Assembly: GCF_000150275.1 (NCBI RefSeq)
Contig: NW_002060943.1
Location: 10,448,209-10,512,208 of the forward strand
Source: Trichoplax adhaerens
Lineage: Eukaryota; Animalia; Placozoa
Direction of reading: 5' to 3'
DNA length: 64,000 nucleotides
This document shows positions 27,755-46,337 of the stretch, one piece after another (position 1 is the stretch's first letter; the number at the start of each line of letters is the position of its first letter). The position numbers and the translations under genes are program-made. A model generated the notes under the pieces. That model ran no database searches. It was not told the origin of the DNA and worked only from the letters and a program-made list of their open reading frames with translations.

Positions 27755-28240
27755 CATTGTACTGTACAGTACACTTTCGTTGGCAAAAATTTGACAAAAA
27801 AAATGCACTGTAGTACAGTACAAATAGTAAAGTACTGTAGTCTAGTTTTACCGCTGCTTGTTACGGTATGAAGAGCACTTGTCACGTGATCATTGATCGG
27901 GGGGGGATTGCACGAAAGGTGTAGCGCTGGGTTTTGTACCACACACTTACGATCGATGTATACTGTATCGTACAACTGTACATTGTCCTATGGTATACTT
28001 TAGACAACGTGGTCGTTCACTATCTGGTATGGAGGAAACTGCTCCAATGATGATAATCTTCAAAAATAGTGCGAAGGCAGTTTCTGGTTAAATATAATAA
28101 TACCAAAATGAGGTGTGTATGTATGTACACTGTACAGTAGTCGGTTATATCGCGAGCGAGATTATGAATCGCTAAAGGTAGAGAATCCAGTATCTAGTAG
28201 AGTCCATGTGCATAGATACCGATACTGACTTACAGTACAG
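27755..28240. repeat. Looser TA-delimited pentamer cluster upstream of the MATE gene
   Basis: tactgtacagtacac (27760), tgtagtacagtac, tactgtatcgtacaactgtac, tacactgtacagta (28126). Confidence 0.7.
27881..27890. promoter_or_regulatory. Extended E-box GTCACGTGAT (bHLH-ZIP: MiT/TFE-CLEAR, USF or SREBP type)
   Basis: GTCACGTGAT, one mismatch from the CLEAR palindrome GTCACGTGAC, inside the array cluster ~770 bp upstream of the MATE ATG. Confidence 0.4.
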
Positions 28241-29084
28241 CAACGTTAACATAATCTCGTAACTCATCTGCAACCTTCAGCAGTAGTACTTGATTTTAAT
28301 TTTTAAAATAATTAAATATGATATGACATCATAACGTACATTAAGTTTACTGCCATCGCCTCTAGTTTAGAAGGATAGATGGGAGATATTGCAAATAATA
28401 CAGTCCTGAGAACACTATTGTACATACAGTACATCAGGGTGTGTAAATGAAATCATAGTAGTCGTTGGCTACTTAATTTATTATCAAGTTAGTGTAAGTC
28501 TTTAGGTAAATAGGTTTTACGACGAACCGTTCGCATATAACAATATAGAACGATTTTCATGTTAACAATACAGCATTTAGAATTTGAATATACGGAGAGC
28601 TATACAGTAGGAGAAATTCTAATACAGTATGTCATTAAGTTAAGTCGATTTTAATTCTTGAATATACAGTAATACTTTTATCGTATCATCAGAATAACGG
28701 AAATTGTAAGATAATTCTAGATAGTTTCAAATGTAGTCTCAATGACGCTCTAGAAATTACTGAGTACAGTAATATTTTGAGATTCAAAAGTTTTGTTGTG
28801 ATTAGCTAAAAAATTATGGATTTATCTTCGGTTCGTAAAAGCTGTAGTAATTCTACGTTCATTTCTCAAATGATGCTACCTTTAATTGTTATGGACATAC
28901 GGCCAATAACACTCTATACTAATATTTTGCAAGGAAGCTTCGATAAAGAGGGCTACAAAAGAGATTCTATGGTACAATCTGTAGTCAAATAACTGCAGTA
29001 AAGATGCAAACAATGTACAGTAAATGTATCATTTAAAAATAAATACAACAAAATTCTAGTTATGAATAAGGCGTCAATTTAACT

Positions 29085-34010
<4,926 letters not shown>

Positions 34011-34374
34011 TCCTTCTCAGTGATACGAAAAAAGACCCTTTTTCTGTGTAATAATTTTCCGTAATTAGCAACAGCGTTTAATTAATTATCCACTCTCCAT
34101 GTCGCCCGTACTTTTTTTTATACCCTCTCATAATATCTATCGAAATTGTGAGTAACACTGGCACACTGTATAATCATGTAAACTGATAAAAAATAGAAGT
34201 CATTCGAGAAGGAAGTTATAATTTCAATTCCGGTAAAGGCTGAGATCACGAAATAAAATTGTATATCATCCAATAAGAAATTGGCGGGCCTTGCCGAGTT
34301 CTGTTCCAACTTTAATCCTTAGTGTGGACGAAATATTTACTCTATGATTCTTAGTAGCACACGCTAGCTCAGTA

Positions 34375-34896
34375 AGTACGAGTAGCACCGTACTGTAACT
34401 AGAAAATTCGTAACAGCATTATTCGCGAACGCGAACAACCTACCGTACATTGTACAATAATGTACTGTACAGTATGTACAGTACCGTGCGTCTGTGACGC
34501 ACGTTGCTACAGCTACAGTACGTACTGTACTGTACTGTAAGGATTTCTTTTTTTCTTTTACTCTTTATCATACTGTACACTTGTACAGTACAGTACAGTA
34601 CAGTACATACAGTACTAGCAGTCCATTTACAGACGTTTCAGTATACTGTACAGTACAGTACTGTAGAATTCTGAACATCTAGTCAAAATCTGAAAGGTCT
34701 AGTGAACTGTACTTGTACTGTTCTTCAGTTGACGGATACAGTACGGTACATGTACAGTACAGTATGGGATCAGTCCATACAGTACTGTACACTGTACGGG
34801 ACGTACAGTACTATACGTACAGTACACTGTACGGGACGTACTGTACTGTACACTGTACGGGACGTACTGTACACTGTACGTACCCGTGCAGTACAG
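34375..34896. repeat. TA-delimited pentamer array in the divergent ANKRD11/12 - C45 hydrolase intergenic region, with a nested 20-nt direct repeat
   Basis: TA CCG TA CATTG TA CAA TA ATG TA CTG TA CAG TA TG TA CAG TA CCG (34441-34486); gtacactgtacgggacgtac x3 at 34787, 34822 and 34848. Confidence 0.9.
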
Positions 34897-35419
34897 AAGA
34901 TAAGCAAAAGAAGAGCGTTAAAAATTCGCCGCTATCCAATTCGTTTTGCTTTCAGCGATAAGCAAAACAGGAATAGCATAAATGGATTTCAATGAAACGA
35001 AACTTTTGTTCTATAATTTATTCTAAGTAATTATAGTCAAAGAACTCCATTTTCGGACCTTGCTTTCTTTTATCATATAACGGCAGAGTGATCAGTGGTG
35101 TTTTGTTAATAATCAGGAAAATTTAAAGTATTAAACAAAGTGACTAGCTCCTACAAAATCCACAAAATATTCTATTGTTCGTAGAGAACCGTCAGGAACT
35201 CGTACAGAAACAATTTCACCCTCGATTAATGATACTGTACCGGTGCAGAAAGTTCCGACCACCTTTATCAAATTATAGATTTCTGTACTGCACAGTGCAG
35301 TAAAGATTTCATCTATTGTACATCCACAACAAATTTATGGATACGATTGCCAGTTCCTTTCTCTTCTTTTAAGTGACACATACAACTACTACATTGACGG
35401 TAACTACTTTGGACTGGAT

Positions 35420-38276
35420 ATGGCTCAAGTAAGCCTATTATTCTATGCAATTGTTCTGACAATATTCATGGCTATTATTCCGGTTGCGAGTGATCAACAT
35501 TCATTGCCGAGGTTATATTTTCGGGGTAATCATTATCAGCTGGGTTTTGAGACGGTCAGTGGTTACATACTGTACTGCATTTCCTTCGATTTGCATGCAA
35601 CAATGGTAATCGTAATCCGACGAATGTATAAACATCTCCATCATATTTTTTGATCTGTTTTAGGGTCGGACTTTTTCTCAGCGGATTCGTTCAGCCTTCA
35701 AAGAGAGTAGAAGCTTGCATCAAACTTTGTTACCATTTTATAAAACTGCTCAAGGTTACGTCCTTTTTAAGAAATATCTGCAATCAGCCAACGAGACATT
35801 TCCACACTACGTTAGAGAGATCAAAGGTATTGCGGATGGATCACGGATTGCATTCGATCAAGTTAGTGTGTTAATGCAAGATGTAGTAAAAAATCATCCA
35901 TCTATTGCGTATATAGTATGCAATGATCCTATTTCATCCTTAGCTACTGTACACTCAATGTATAGTAGTAATTTGCATTTACGCGAAAATTTATAGCATT
36001 GCTTTAGATTTCGTATCAAATCCGTGATTGAATTTATCTTTCATGCAAGTGTTGGTCTTTATCAATTATATAAATAATAGACAAAACGTGTACACTGTAC
36101 ATGTACAGTAGTACTGTCAGTACTATTCTGCACATTAAGTATAGTAGAAGGAAATACTGTATTACCGCTAGCTGTTTATAAGATAAATTTAGCTAACTGT
36201 AAAGTGTTGCAATATATTTAATGAATGGCTAGAGTAATTGTCTTCTGTTACAATTTGTAAATTTTAAAAAAATTATTTGGTACGTTCAGCATATACTGTA
36301 CCCCAGCATTTACGGGTATTAATGTATTTTGTACCTTTATTAATTATGCAAATTTCAGGAGACAATATTATACTTTAAGATTAGTCATAAGTTAATAAGA
36401 TTTTAGTATCTTAAATTTACTATTAATAGCTTTCAATGGAGCATACAGTGTACTAAGATAATTTGAAAATCCAAGCATGTTACAGTAAATAATTTAAGGC
36501 TGTCTGATTGTATATATTGTACAATACAATATGCTGATAACTTTATTTCATCCGCATAACGCCAACGTTTATGTAAGGACGCATTATAATAGTTAACAGA
36601 TGAGAAATCAGTTTTTTAATATACTTGTACTGTACAGTATATTATTTCTTTATAGTAAACCTTATTTAAAAATGACTTTGCAATAATAGCTGTTGAGCAT
36701 GCAATCAGACACTGTTAATACTACTACTTTAAATTATATAATATATCCAGTATAATCAGTGCTTTATAGAAATATATATTTCTTGGTTGTAAAGGTATTT
36801 TTAATGCATATTGAAAACGAAATCGAGACATACCTCAAGAAATTTAAGAATATGACCCCATCTTGTACTGACATTCATGTCAAAACAAACAATCATGTAA
36901 GACGATTAGCAAGCAGGATATTGCGTAAAATAATGTAAATTGTCAGTCTAATAGTTGCAATAATTTATATAGGGTAGGGTATGGCGAATCTGGAAAATAT
37001 TATTATTACCATTGAAGCAATTTTATTATTATTCCTATGTTTTTATTATGATGGTATTGTGTTTAGACATTGCTTGGACATAACGAAGATGCAGATAGTG
37101 CAGTAAGAAGATATGGTTATATAATCACAGCCGAGATTGTGTTAAGTAATGACACAATTAAAGAGAAATTCACTGCTTACACATATCCTGGCTTAATATC
37201 TGGAAATGCTTTCGGATTTAATAATCATGGTTTTTTATTTACTTGCAATGCCGTATTTCCTAGGCAGACCAATCAAAGTGCATTACGTAAGTCTACCACA
37301 TCTGTAGTCGCTGTGTATTATAATTATGCATTAAAAAAATAACAAAATGGCAAACCTTTTTCCGACAATATACTACAAACCCGTTGTACAGCCTAATAAG
37401 TTAGGACTTTCGTATACTTTGTAGCTTCAGAGTTGTTAAAAGCGGCTGTTACCATTGCTACAGCATAGTTTTCACTTCACAGTTAAAGATTTCGAATAGA
37501 TGTTATTGGCGCTCAATGAATATTCAGTATGTAACTAAGAAATATTATTTGTATTTATTGTTTTTTTCTTGCGCGTGCAATTATTTATTACCTTCTGTGC
37601 TTCCATTATAGCCAGAAATATTCTTACTAGAGCGATATTGGCTTCAAGAGGAATCGATGATGCATTACAGTTAGTTAAGAACACTTCAGTTGCGGTTGGC
37701 GTTAGTATTAATATGGGAGATCTCTCTACAGGAAAACTTGTAAATATCGAACTTTCTCCATATCACGGAAATAAAATGATTCTAGTTGACAAACACTACT
37801 ACCACTTTAATATGTGAGTATCACAATATGGGCTTTATTATATTACGATACAAAATTATCATATATCTAAGTAGATGATAACCGGACTCCTTATTCAATA
37901 TAATAGGTATCAAAATTTTAATCCGCCGCAGTATGATGACCCTAGTTCAATCCACCGTCGAGCTAGAGCAAAAATGTTACCTTTACCCCCGGGCAAGAGT
38001 GGCATTTTATTAATATTAGGAGATACCAAAGACCCCAAATATCCGATATATAGGGATGCTACCCCGCCGGATCATGATTTAACTGTCGCAACAGGTTATT
38101 ATTATTAGTATTAAATAATTTATAGCATTACAGCCTGATACGTATTTTCTCATTAATTGAATGTTTACCTAGGCCTTTTTGATATTAAGAAGAAATCACT
38201 GTCAATCTTCGTCAACAATCCTAAGTTGCACTCACAACCACTAATGCAGTTTTCATTGAGCAAATCCGCATTGTAG
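35420..38276 (+). CDS. Peptidase C45 family Ntn-hydrolase (Tan beta-alanyl-amine hydrolase / isopenicillin-N acyltransferase-like) with signal peptide, 7 exons
   Basis: Hydrophobic N-terminus MAQVSLLFYAIVLTIFMAIIPVAS; RGNHYQLGFETGRTF; FPHYVREIKGIADGS; S-CTDI...LLGHNEDA; YPGLISGNAFGFNNHG; RNILTRAIL; YYHFNMY; SSIHRRAR; ILGD; TVATGLFD; TAG 38274-38276. Confidence 0.88.
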
Positions 38277-38879
38277 AGTTAGTATAGTATTGCATAGAAG
38301 TTTCCTAAGTGATCGTTTGTGGAGACAGGCATTGCCTGACTAAGTGCAATTCAGAACTTAAGAAATGATTGCAACTGTACCATTTATGTTCCTTTCTTTG
38401 TATATATATATACATATATTTCAAATTTTTATAAATACATGGTTATAACGTCTGGTGTAAACGATTTATTGATAAAAAGATGTATCCAATGTTTTAAAAT
38501 ATGCAAGATATTTGCGCTTTAATATTGAAACAAACTTGCGTAAACGCAAAATCTGTTCAAATGTTAAATTTTTGAGATCAAGTTCTAATTTTTTTCAACA
38601 GATATTACCCCGTAGAGTATTAGGGTCTTGTTTATGTTATTAGTACTACAGAATTATCAGATTATACTGTCTGTTTGTTAGCATTTGATTTGCCAGGTAA
38701 AAATTAACAAGACTAATGTCTACTTGAATCCTAAAAGAAAGGTTTCCCGGTAGTCCACGCGAATTATATGCTAAAGCAAATTCATTTTTTATTCACTCTA
38801 TACTGTACGTTCAAATTTTACTGGATCTTCATGGTTAAATTGGCAAGCCATTCCTTTCATTTTGCAGTGTAGTCATTCT

Positions 38880-41800
38880 TTACAACTTTGAGGATTTTCC
38901 AAATAAATTTTCTAGCTTCTGAGCGAGCATAATATTACCGCTAACCTTCAGTTTTCCGTTAAAGAATGCCTTCGAGATGACCGAAATAGCATAAATTTTT
39001 GTTACATAAGGTAGCTTTTTGTTATTATTGCTAATGGTAAGGTATTGGGATGTAGAAAGTAATATAATTTAGATTACAGTGTACATACCTTTTGAGCGTT
39101 TAATTTATTTGTAGCTAAGGCAACAAAATCATCGTCTGACGTCGTCAGAGTGCAGTCTACAGCAGTAGACGTAGAACCAGGGGTAACCGATGGATTTTGA
39201 CTTTTCAAATCAATTACTGTATAATTATAATCAACGACAATATAAAATTATACTTTAGTATTATAATTAAAGAAAACAATATATTCTCACAAATTTGAGA
39301 GTATCAGTTATGATTTCGTAATCATGTAACCTACCCCAAGAAACAACTTTTTGTCCTTTTTCGTTTGTAATATTCCATAAGTACTTGCAATTAAATTTGT
39401 TAATTATTGAGGGATTTGCTAAAAATTCCTTTTTCATTCGTTCAAATATAATCGAACTTTGTAGCTGCAATAATAACAAAACCTTTAACCAGAATACTTT
39501 TTTCAATTGGAATTGTCTAATCAAAAAATTAAGATTCTAACTTACAGCATTCGTAGTTATCGCTAACGATTTCTTTGATCTAAATATATAATGTTTATAT
39601 CATTTATTAACGATAAGGTTGTCAAATTTCTAAATCAGAAACGAATTTCGAATTAAAGATTCAAAACATACATTGCGACTTCGTTGGGTGAATTTAATTC
39701 AATATAACCACCTCTGACAACCGGTGTGTTGTTACCCTCAACCTGATAAGAATATGAAATAAATAGTTACATAAACTCTATTTGTGATGATTACTGAAAG
39801 TACGTTAGACAGCCTATAAAGAAAATGAATGCGTCTTTGGTAAACGGATAATCTCAAATACTATATCACGTGATTATAAGGATAAAAGATATTTGATGGG
39901 TAGAATCAGTTTTACACAATATACAGTAATAGCCAATATGTTATAAGGAGCTCGCTGATGAGTCTATTTTAGATTAGTACATATTAAAACATACTTTACA
40001 CTGAAAAATTATTCTATCGATTTCTTTCCACATTTCAGTGATCAGCACTTGTCCTGGTATGACAGGGCGCATAAATCGTACCTGAAACGATGGATAATTC
40101 AGGAAAGAATGGATCATCCAATCAATCCGTGATTAGCAGTAGGTAGAATAATGAAATGATATAAAATCGGACAACAACAAAGTGATATAATGTTTTTTAA
40201 GTTGGCCAATCTCTTGGCTAACTAATGCGATAGAATGTTCAGCTAACCTTCATGGATTTAAATTTCTTTACGTCGTTATCGCCATAATGCTTCATGACAT
40301 GTCGTGTTGCATAGCCCATTGTACACAAACCGTGTAAAATTGGTCGTGGAAAGCCTTATGTAATATAAAAATGATTCTTAACGCTGTGGAGTATATAGCA
40401 AATATCAAAAGTATGGGTAATTTCAGGAGGACAGTCATAATACAAACTTTAATTTTATTTAACAGGATATAGTATATTCATCCACGAAACAAAGTCCTAA
40501 AAATTTATTTAAAATAAGGTGCAATTGTTTCACCTCCAAGAGCAGCAAATTGTGAATCGATGTGTAATGGATTTAAGTCACCGCTCATTCTGTATAAGGC
40601 AGCCTAATATGAAGAGCATATTATATCCGTAATTATTAGCGTAAATAGCTAACTTGTCTCACATCTTAATTTTTACTTAAAGTTCTTGATTTGGAATACT
40701 TTATAATAAAGACTGCTGCCAATTTGTACACACAATATTATATTGTATTTTTGTACTCCCGACTTCAAATGTCGTTGTATTAAAAAATATACCTGGCTTT
40801 CAGGCACAATTTCTTTGATTATGGCGTCGGGGGGTCTCGCCGGAGTATCTGCTGCTTGCTAATCAGAAAGATAAAAAATTAATGATACCACCATTCACAA
40901 GGATATAGTATTGAATAGCGGAAACATCAAAGAGTGTCTTATAAATTCTTTGGCAGTATAAGAATGATAGTAATGCTGGCTTATCTAATCACTTAGCACT
41001 TTGATAAGTAAGGTTTAGTAGAGCTACTTATACTCACTGAAAGCGTTAATTTAAAGCCGAAAGATAGCATCGGTTAAACGCATCCGATCTTAAAGTTGAT
41101 ATATTTATACCTTAATCGCAGTGGACTGCCTTTTACCACCAAATCCGCCAGCTTTTTGGATATACGTGACGAACTGATTCATGCATAATTTTTCGTTATT
41201 CTCATTCGTGGTAGTAACTGTAGGTTAAAATGTTAATATGCAATTATTTCTATACCGATTTTTTTGGCCAGTTCATAAGAACAAATTAAGTTATATAACC
41301 TCAAGTAAGAAATGCATAATGTAGACTATAGCAGAATAGTCCTTACCTTCTGTTACAACGACAGCTCCCTTTCCTTTATCTAAGATTTCGACAATTTTAC
41401 TAGAATTCCTTACGGAACCTATGATAGCATTAGTCTGTTAATAAGAGATTGTAATTAAATATAATAAACTTTAAATAGAAAATCTATTGTACCTGATGTC
41501 GGTAAAGGCTTGTATAGTTCTATGTACTGTTCTCCATGTACAATCTGTAATATTACATTTAATAATAAGCATCTAGATATAACATGCATATTACTGTATT
41601 AAATCGCATTAACTATTTATCATTAAGTATTCACCTTCGTGGGGTCAATATTGAATCCTGGGCAAGAAGCAAAAATGTTACCGACCCCGCTCTATCGAAA
41701 AGTACAGAGTAAAAACGGTTATATAACTAATTTTTCTTGCATTGCCGATTACTTTATAGTATATAAAAGTTAACTTACAAAACAAATAATTGCTGCAAAA

Positions 41801-44800
41801 GACGGAAAAGTACAAAAATTTTCATGGCCTTCGTACAGAAATTGTAGATTGTCATCGTTGACCTTCATGCCAACTACAATATAATGAGAAGAGATGCGTA
41901 TATTGCCATATTTTAGTGGTTACGTTATGTAGAGATTGTAATTATCATTAACTGTTACAAATCGTAATTTTATAATAAAAACTAAGACTGTATATTACTT
42001 CCAAGAGCGTAGATGATGATATCTCGACTTGAAAATATAAATTCAGTATCTGGTATTTTATATGACATCGCTTTCCCCTGTTATAAGTGGTAAAGATCGG
42101 CGATAAGTTTATAGATTTATGAGTATGTTAAAATTTATTTAAATTTACTTCAAGAATAGGGTACTACAGAGTATTTACTAACCACGTTAATACTGTTATT
42201 CTTATCGTCTTCTTCTCCAAGCTCTTCGGCTATGTAACGTGTAAGAGAACGAAAAAATGCTTAGAATAAAGGACTACATATAATCATTGCGCTAACTTAG
42301 TAATTGTACTTACTAGTCGAATTGTTTGACTTATTAATTTCTTGAATCGATAGAGCCATCGATTCTAATGATATCCAATAATAGAAGGTTAACGCTTGTG
42401 AATACAGTATTTACAGCATGTCATATTCTGCTAATAATACCAAATTACGTGCAAATATTTTACGTAAAAGCTAGCCCTTGAGGTAACTAATCCTTACCCG
42501 ATGTGCTCGCTGGATTTGTTGCATCTTGCCAGTCAGTAATTTTGTCCCAGTTTTGTTGAACTATGAAGATGTATTACAACTTTTTAGATAATAGGTCGCA
42601 AAGGTGGTATCTCAAGATGGCACAGTACAATTACAGAAGTAAATAACCGACTAGCCAGGTCTACTAGGCATACCTACCGGATTCAGGTGCAGTTTTCGCA
42701 GATGCATTAGGTATAACAACACCGTTAGTGCGTTGCCACCTTACTAAATTTTATAATAAAATTATAAGTTGTAACAATAGTTATCGTTGTTGTGTGTATA
42801 TTATATATGCGTATATGTGTACTATAAATACTTTATATAAATATTCATATTGTGCATAAAGCATACATTTGGAAATCCATCCGCCACCAACCTAACAGAT
42901 CAAGAAAAATAGTAAATTCGAATAATTGCCTGAATTATATTCATTAATAGCTAATTAATAACTAGAATAGAGATATCTATTTCTATAATTATCATAGATA
43001 GTATGATTACAGAAGAGAAGTAACGTACTTCGAATAAACCTCCATTTTCTTGGCAGCTTTCGTGACATAAGTACACCACCAACGGAGGAATATCTTCAAC
43101 TTTAAATTTACCCATAACCTCTGTAAAGGGCATACAAATAGTAGTTAAAATAGGAAACGAAGGTAGACGAATAATTTGGCTTTATAATTAGCCGTTACCT
43201 GAAGGTAGTTTAGCGGTAAGTCGGGAAGCAGCAAAAGGACAAATTGTGTTGGAATGGATATTAAGTGACCCACCTTCTATAGCAAGGGTGTTACAAAGGC
43301 CGACTACAGCTAATTTTGCTATTTCATCGAAGACAAATACCAATTGTAAGTTTAAATTTATAAATAAAAAAAATTATAGATCGTATCTGGCAAAAACTTA
43401 AAACAAGCAGAATTAGGGTACTGACAGTACGACCTACCAGCACTATAGTTTGCTTGACCAAAGTTTCCATATACTCCGGCAGCGGACGTAACCATGATTA
43501 TTCTATATAAAATTATTCATTATTAATAGTTCGATACATTAAAATTGGGATAATAATTGTGCCGTTAGCCGATTAACGTTACCTGCCATAACGTTGTTTC
43601 TTCATGAAAGACCACGCAGCTTTACTGACTTTGAAGGAACCGAATACATGAACACGATGAATAGTGTCTACAACAATCAAAGAATATAACTTCCTATTTC
43701 AGTAATTTTCTCAAACTTTTCATCTGCATGTCACAATAAAGTCAGATTTTATTGCATAAGCCAATTCCTTCTCTAGATTACTATTCACTTTGTATCACTA
43801 CTAGTCTCGTTATAGCAGTAACATCCTCCTGTATGTTATATAATGCGTAATACATGTAACAAGTAAAATATGAATTACCCCAATCATTATCAGTAATATT
43901 TTCGAATTTTCTGTCTCTTAAAATCCTAGTTAAAGTATAATAACGAAGCTAGTTATAGCATAATGTAATTTCGTATGACAAAAATAGGTAAAATAAAATA
44001 AGTGTAAGTAAGCGTTTACGAATTTCATTTATGAATTACTGTACGCATAATTACAGATGAATAATGGAGTAATAAAATAGATAATAGCAATTCCAATATT
44101 AACTTTAAAAATTGATGTATATGAATAGCTTAAGAGGAATGATTAGATAGGGTATATTCGTATTTTAAAATTAAGGAGCTACATTGCCACTAATCTATTG
44201 ACCACATTTTACTATCTATTGACCACATTTTACTTACCCAGCATTGTTGATAACCACGTCTAATAGAGTGCAAATTTGTATGATATTGGAAATTAAAAAT
44301 TATAAATCAGTAAAAAGTCAATCTCAGGAAAGATGATCCAGTGTTATTCCGAATATGTCTTTCATTAAAGCATTATCTTTCCATCGACCAAAACTATCAA
44401 TCGTATTGATTTTCTTATTTATATTGTTTTGGGTACTTACCAACTCTTCCAAAGTTTTTGATAGCTGTATCAATTATCTTCTCTCCTTCCGTTACAGAGT
44501 CTATAAAGTTTAATAATGAAAGCTCTCATTTCCTGGAATAATAATTACTACATCTACGGATAAACATATAGACTCCAGAGGGATACTACTTGCATAAGCT
44601 TGAAATTTTGACTAGGAGAGAACTGACAGCAGATATGAAATATATTGATCTACATATGGGCATTATTGCGGATTATTTTGTTATAAAATATCATAATGAG
44701 GAATTGATATTCGGTAGAAGCTGTAATTGTGCCTTAATCCACAGTTTGATGATAACAGAAATAAACTAGAGCTGCATACCATAATTAGCTACGGCAGTTC

Positions 44801-46106
44801 CGCCAGCTCGTCGTATCTCATTCACCACGTCATCTGCATAGGATGCACTCTTACCACTTCCTTTCATATCACCGCCAAGGTCATTTACTAGCAGACATAA
44901 TAGAAACATGGAAAAATGCGTAGCGATTACTGTATAGTATATCGCTTATTATTCGGTAAATAAAATTTGAAATTATAGCTTATAAATCCCTGTAAGGTAT
45001 AACTAAATCTGCGAGTAATTTACTAACATTTTATTTAATTAAAATCAAGTTAATTTAAATTGATTTTAGACTATTAAATATAAGCGTATATCATGTATTC
45101 TAAACAATATTATGTCTTTGGTTAACGAATAAACAACCCTGACACTATATTTGATGATGTAAAACTGATGAACGATAAAATGCTGCAAATAAGGTGTTAC
45201 AGAATATTACATCAGGCCTACCTACGACAGATGCTCCTCTAGAAGCAAATTGTAAGGCATATTCACGACCGAGGCCTGTAAAATTTGCAAAATTAACATT
45301 GCAGAGTTAAATTACTGAGTTTTTGGCTTGAATTATGAAATTACTGACTATAACAGTACGAGTTTCTAGGATATTGTTCTACAGTATATGCTATACGCTA
45401 AGACTTACAGCAAGAAAGCACTCATATTTTAGACTGTAATATTGATGTTAAACTACCACGCTATCATACCTGTATACTAATTTTACAGCAAGAAGCGACG
45501 ATTTAAGAATAATACTTGGCATAATAACTATCTATGACTATACCGTGAAATTAATTAATAGACGGTGTATACGTCATAAACGTAGTAGTTTTGTATTCTA
45601 GTAATAACATGATAGTAATTACTGTTATCATTTGCTACGTACAGTATTCATTAATTACTAATCGAAGCATCCGTTGCTTCTACTATTCTACGAGTCTACT
45701 GTATCCATGTAGAACATCTAAGATATATCCATTGCTTCTACTATATGAGCATACACGTATCGATGCATAACATGTGAGATTACAGTAGAAAAGTCACTCC
45801 ATGTTCATACACGTATGCACATTATTTATTGCACAGTACGCGTACAGAACTGCATTAGCATTTTGATATGTTCGACTTTTTCTACATCTTTAAGCCATTA
45901 TTAAGTTTAATCATGGAGAGGATCAAGAGTGATGGTTATGGCAAAGCTTGGTATAACATCGAACTGATATTTTTCTCTTTAGCTCCATTACGATAGGAAA
46001 TTGACACTCATTTTTACATAGCGGTATTGCAATAAAATAACTTGTGTGCTGTACCTCTACCGGCTCCAGTAACGACAACAACTCTTCCATCATATCTCAG
46101 TTCCAT
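38880..46106 (-). CDS. HSD17B4: Peroxisomal multifunctional enzyme type 2 (SDR dehydrogenase + hydratase-2 + SCP2)
   Basis: [25 protein letters not shown]; VVNDLGG; NNAGILRD; [12 protein letters not shown]; hydratase-2 motif [17 protein letters not shown]...PILHGLC; SCP2 domain [19 protein letters not shown]; C-terminal PTS1 SKL*. Confidence 0.97.
44193..44234. repeat. Perfect 21-bp tandem duplication at the 5' end of an HSD17B4 intron
   Basis: atctattgaccacattttact x2 (44193-44213 and 44214-44234). Confidence 0.9.
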
Positions 46107-46337
46107 GTCTTGATTGTATGCTATAACAAAACTAAAGATGTTTTACAAAATAATTCACCACATTAGCACATTACCTTAATTAAGTAATTGAATTAAACCG
46201 ACTCGACTAATATCATTATTATGTAATAACCAGTTAGATTGAAAATTTGTAGAATACTCAGGCGAGATTATGGATTTATCTTTCGTAGCTGGCGTTATCC
46301 AACACACTGACGCTGAGTTCGTAGGATATCGACAGTG

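Noticed and set aside
28036-28084. gaaactgc...ATGATGA...gcagtttc as a C/D snoRNA
   Set aside because: Box C is present but there is no CUGA box D, and it is too short to contain a guide.
34787-34880. 20-nt direct repeats with spacers as a CRISPR array
   Set aside because: Spacers are 6-15 nt of the same pentamer sequence, there are no cas genes, and the context is eukaryotic.
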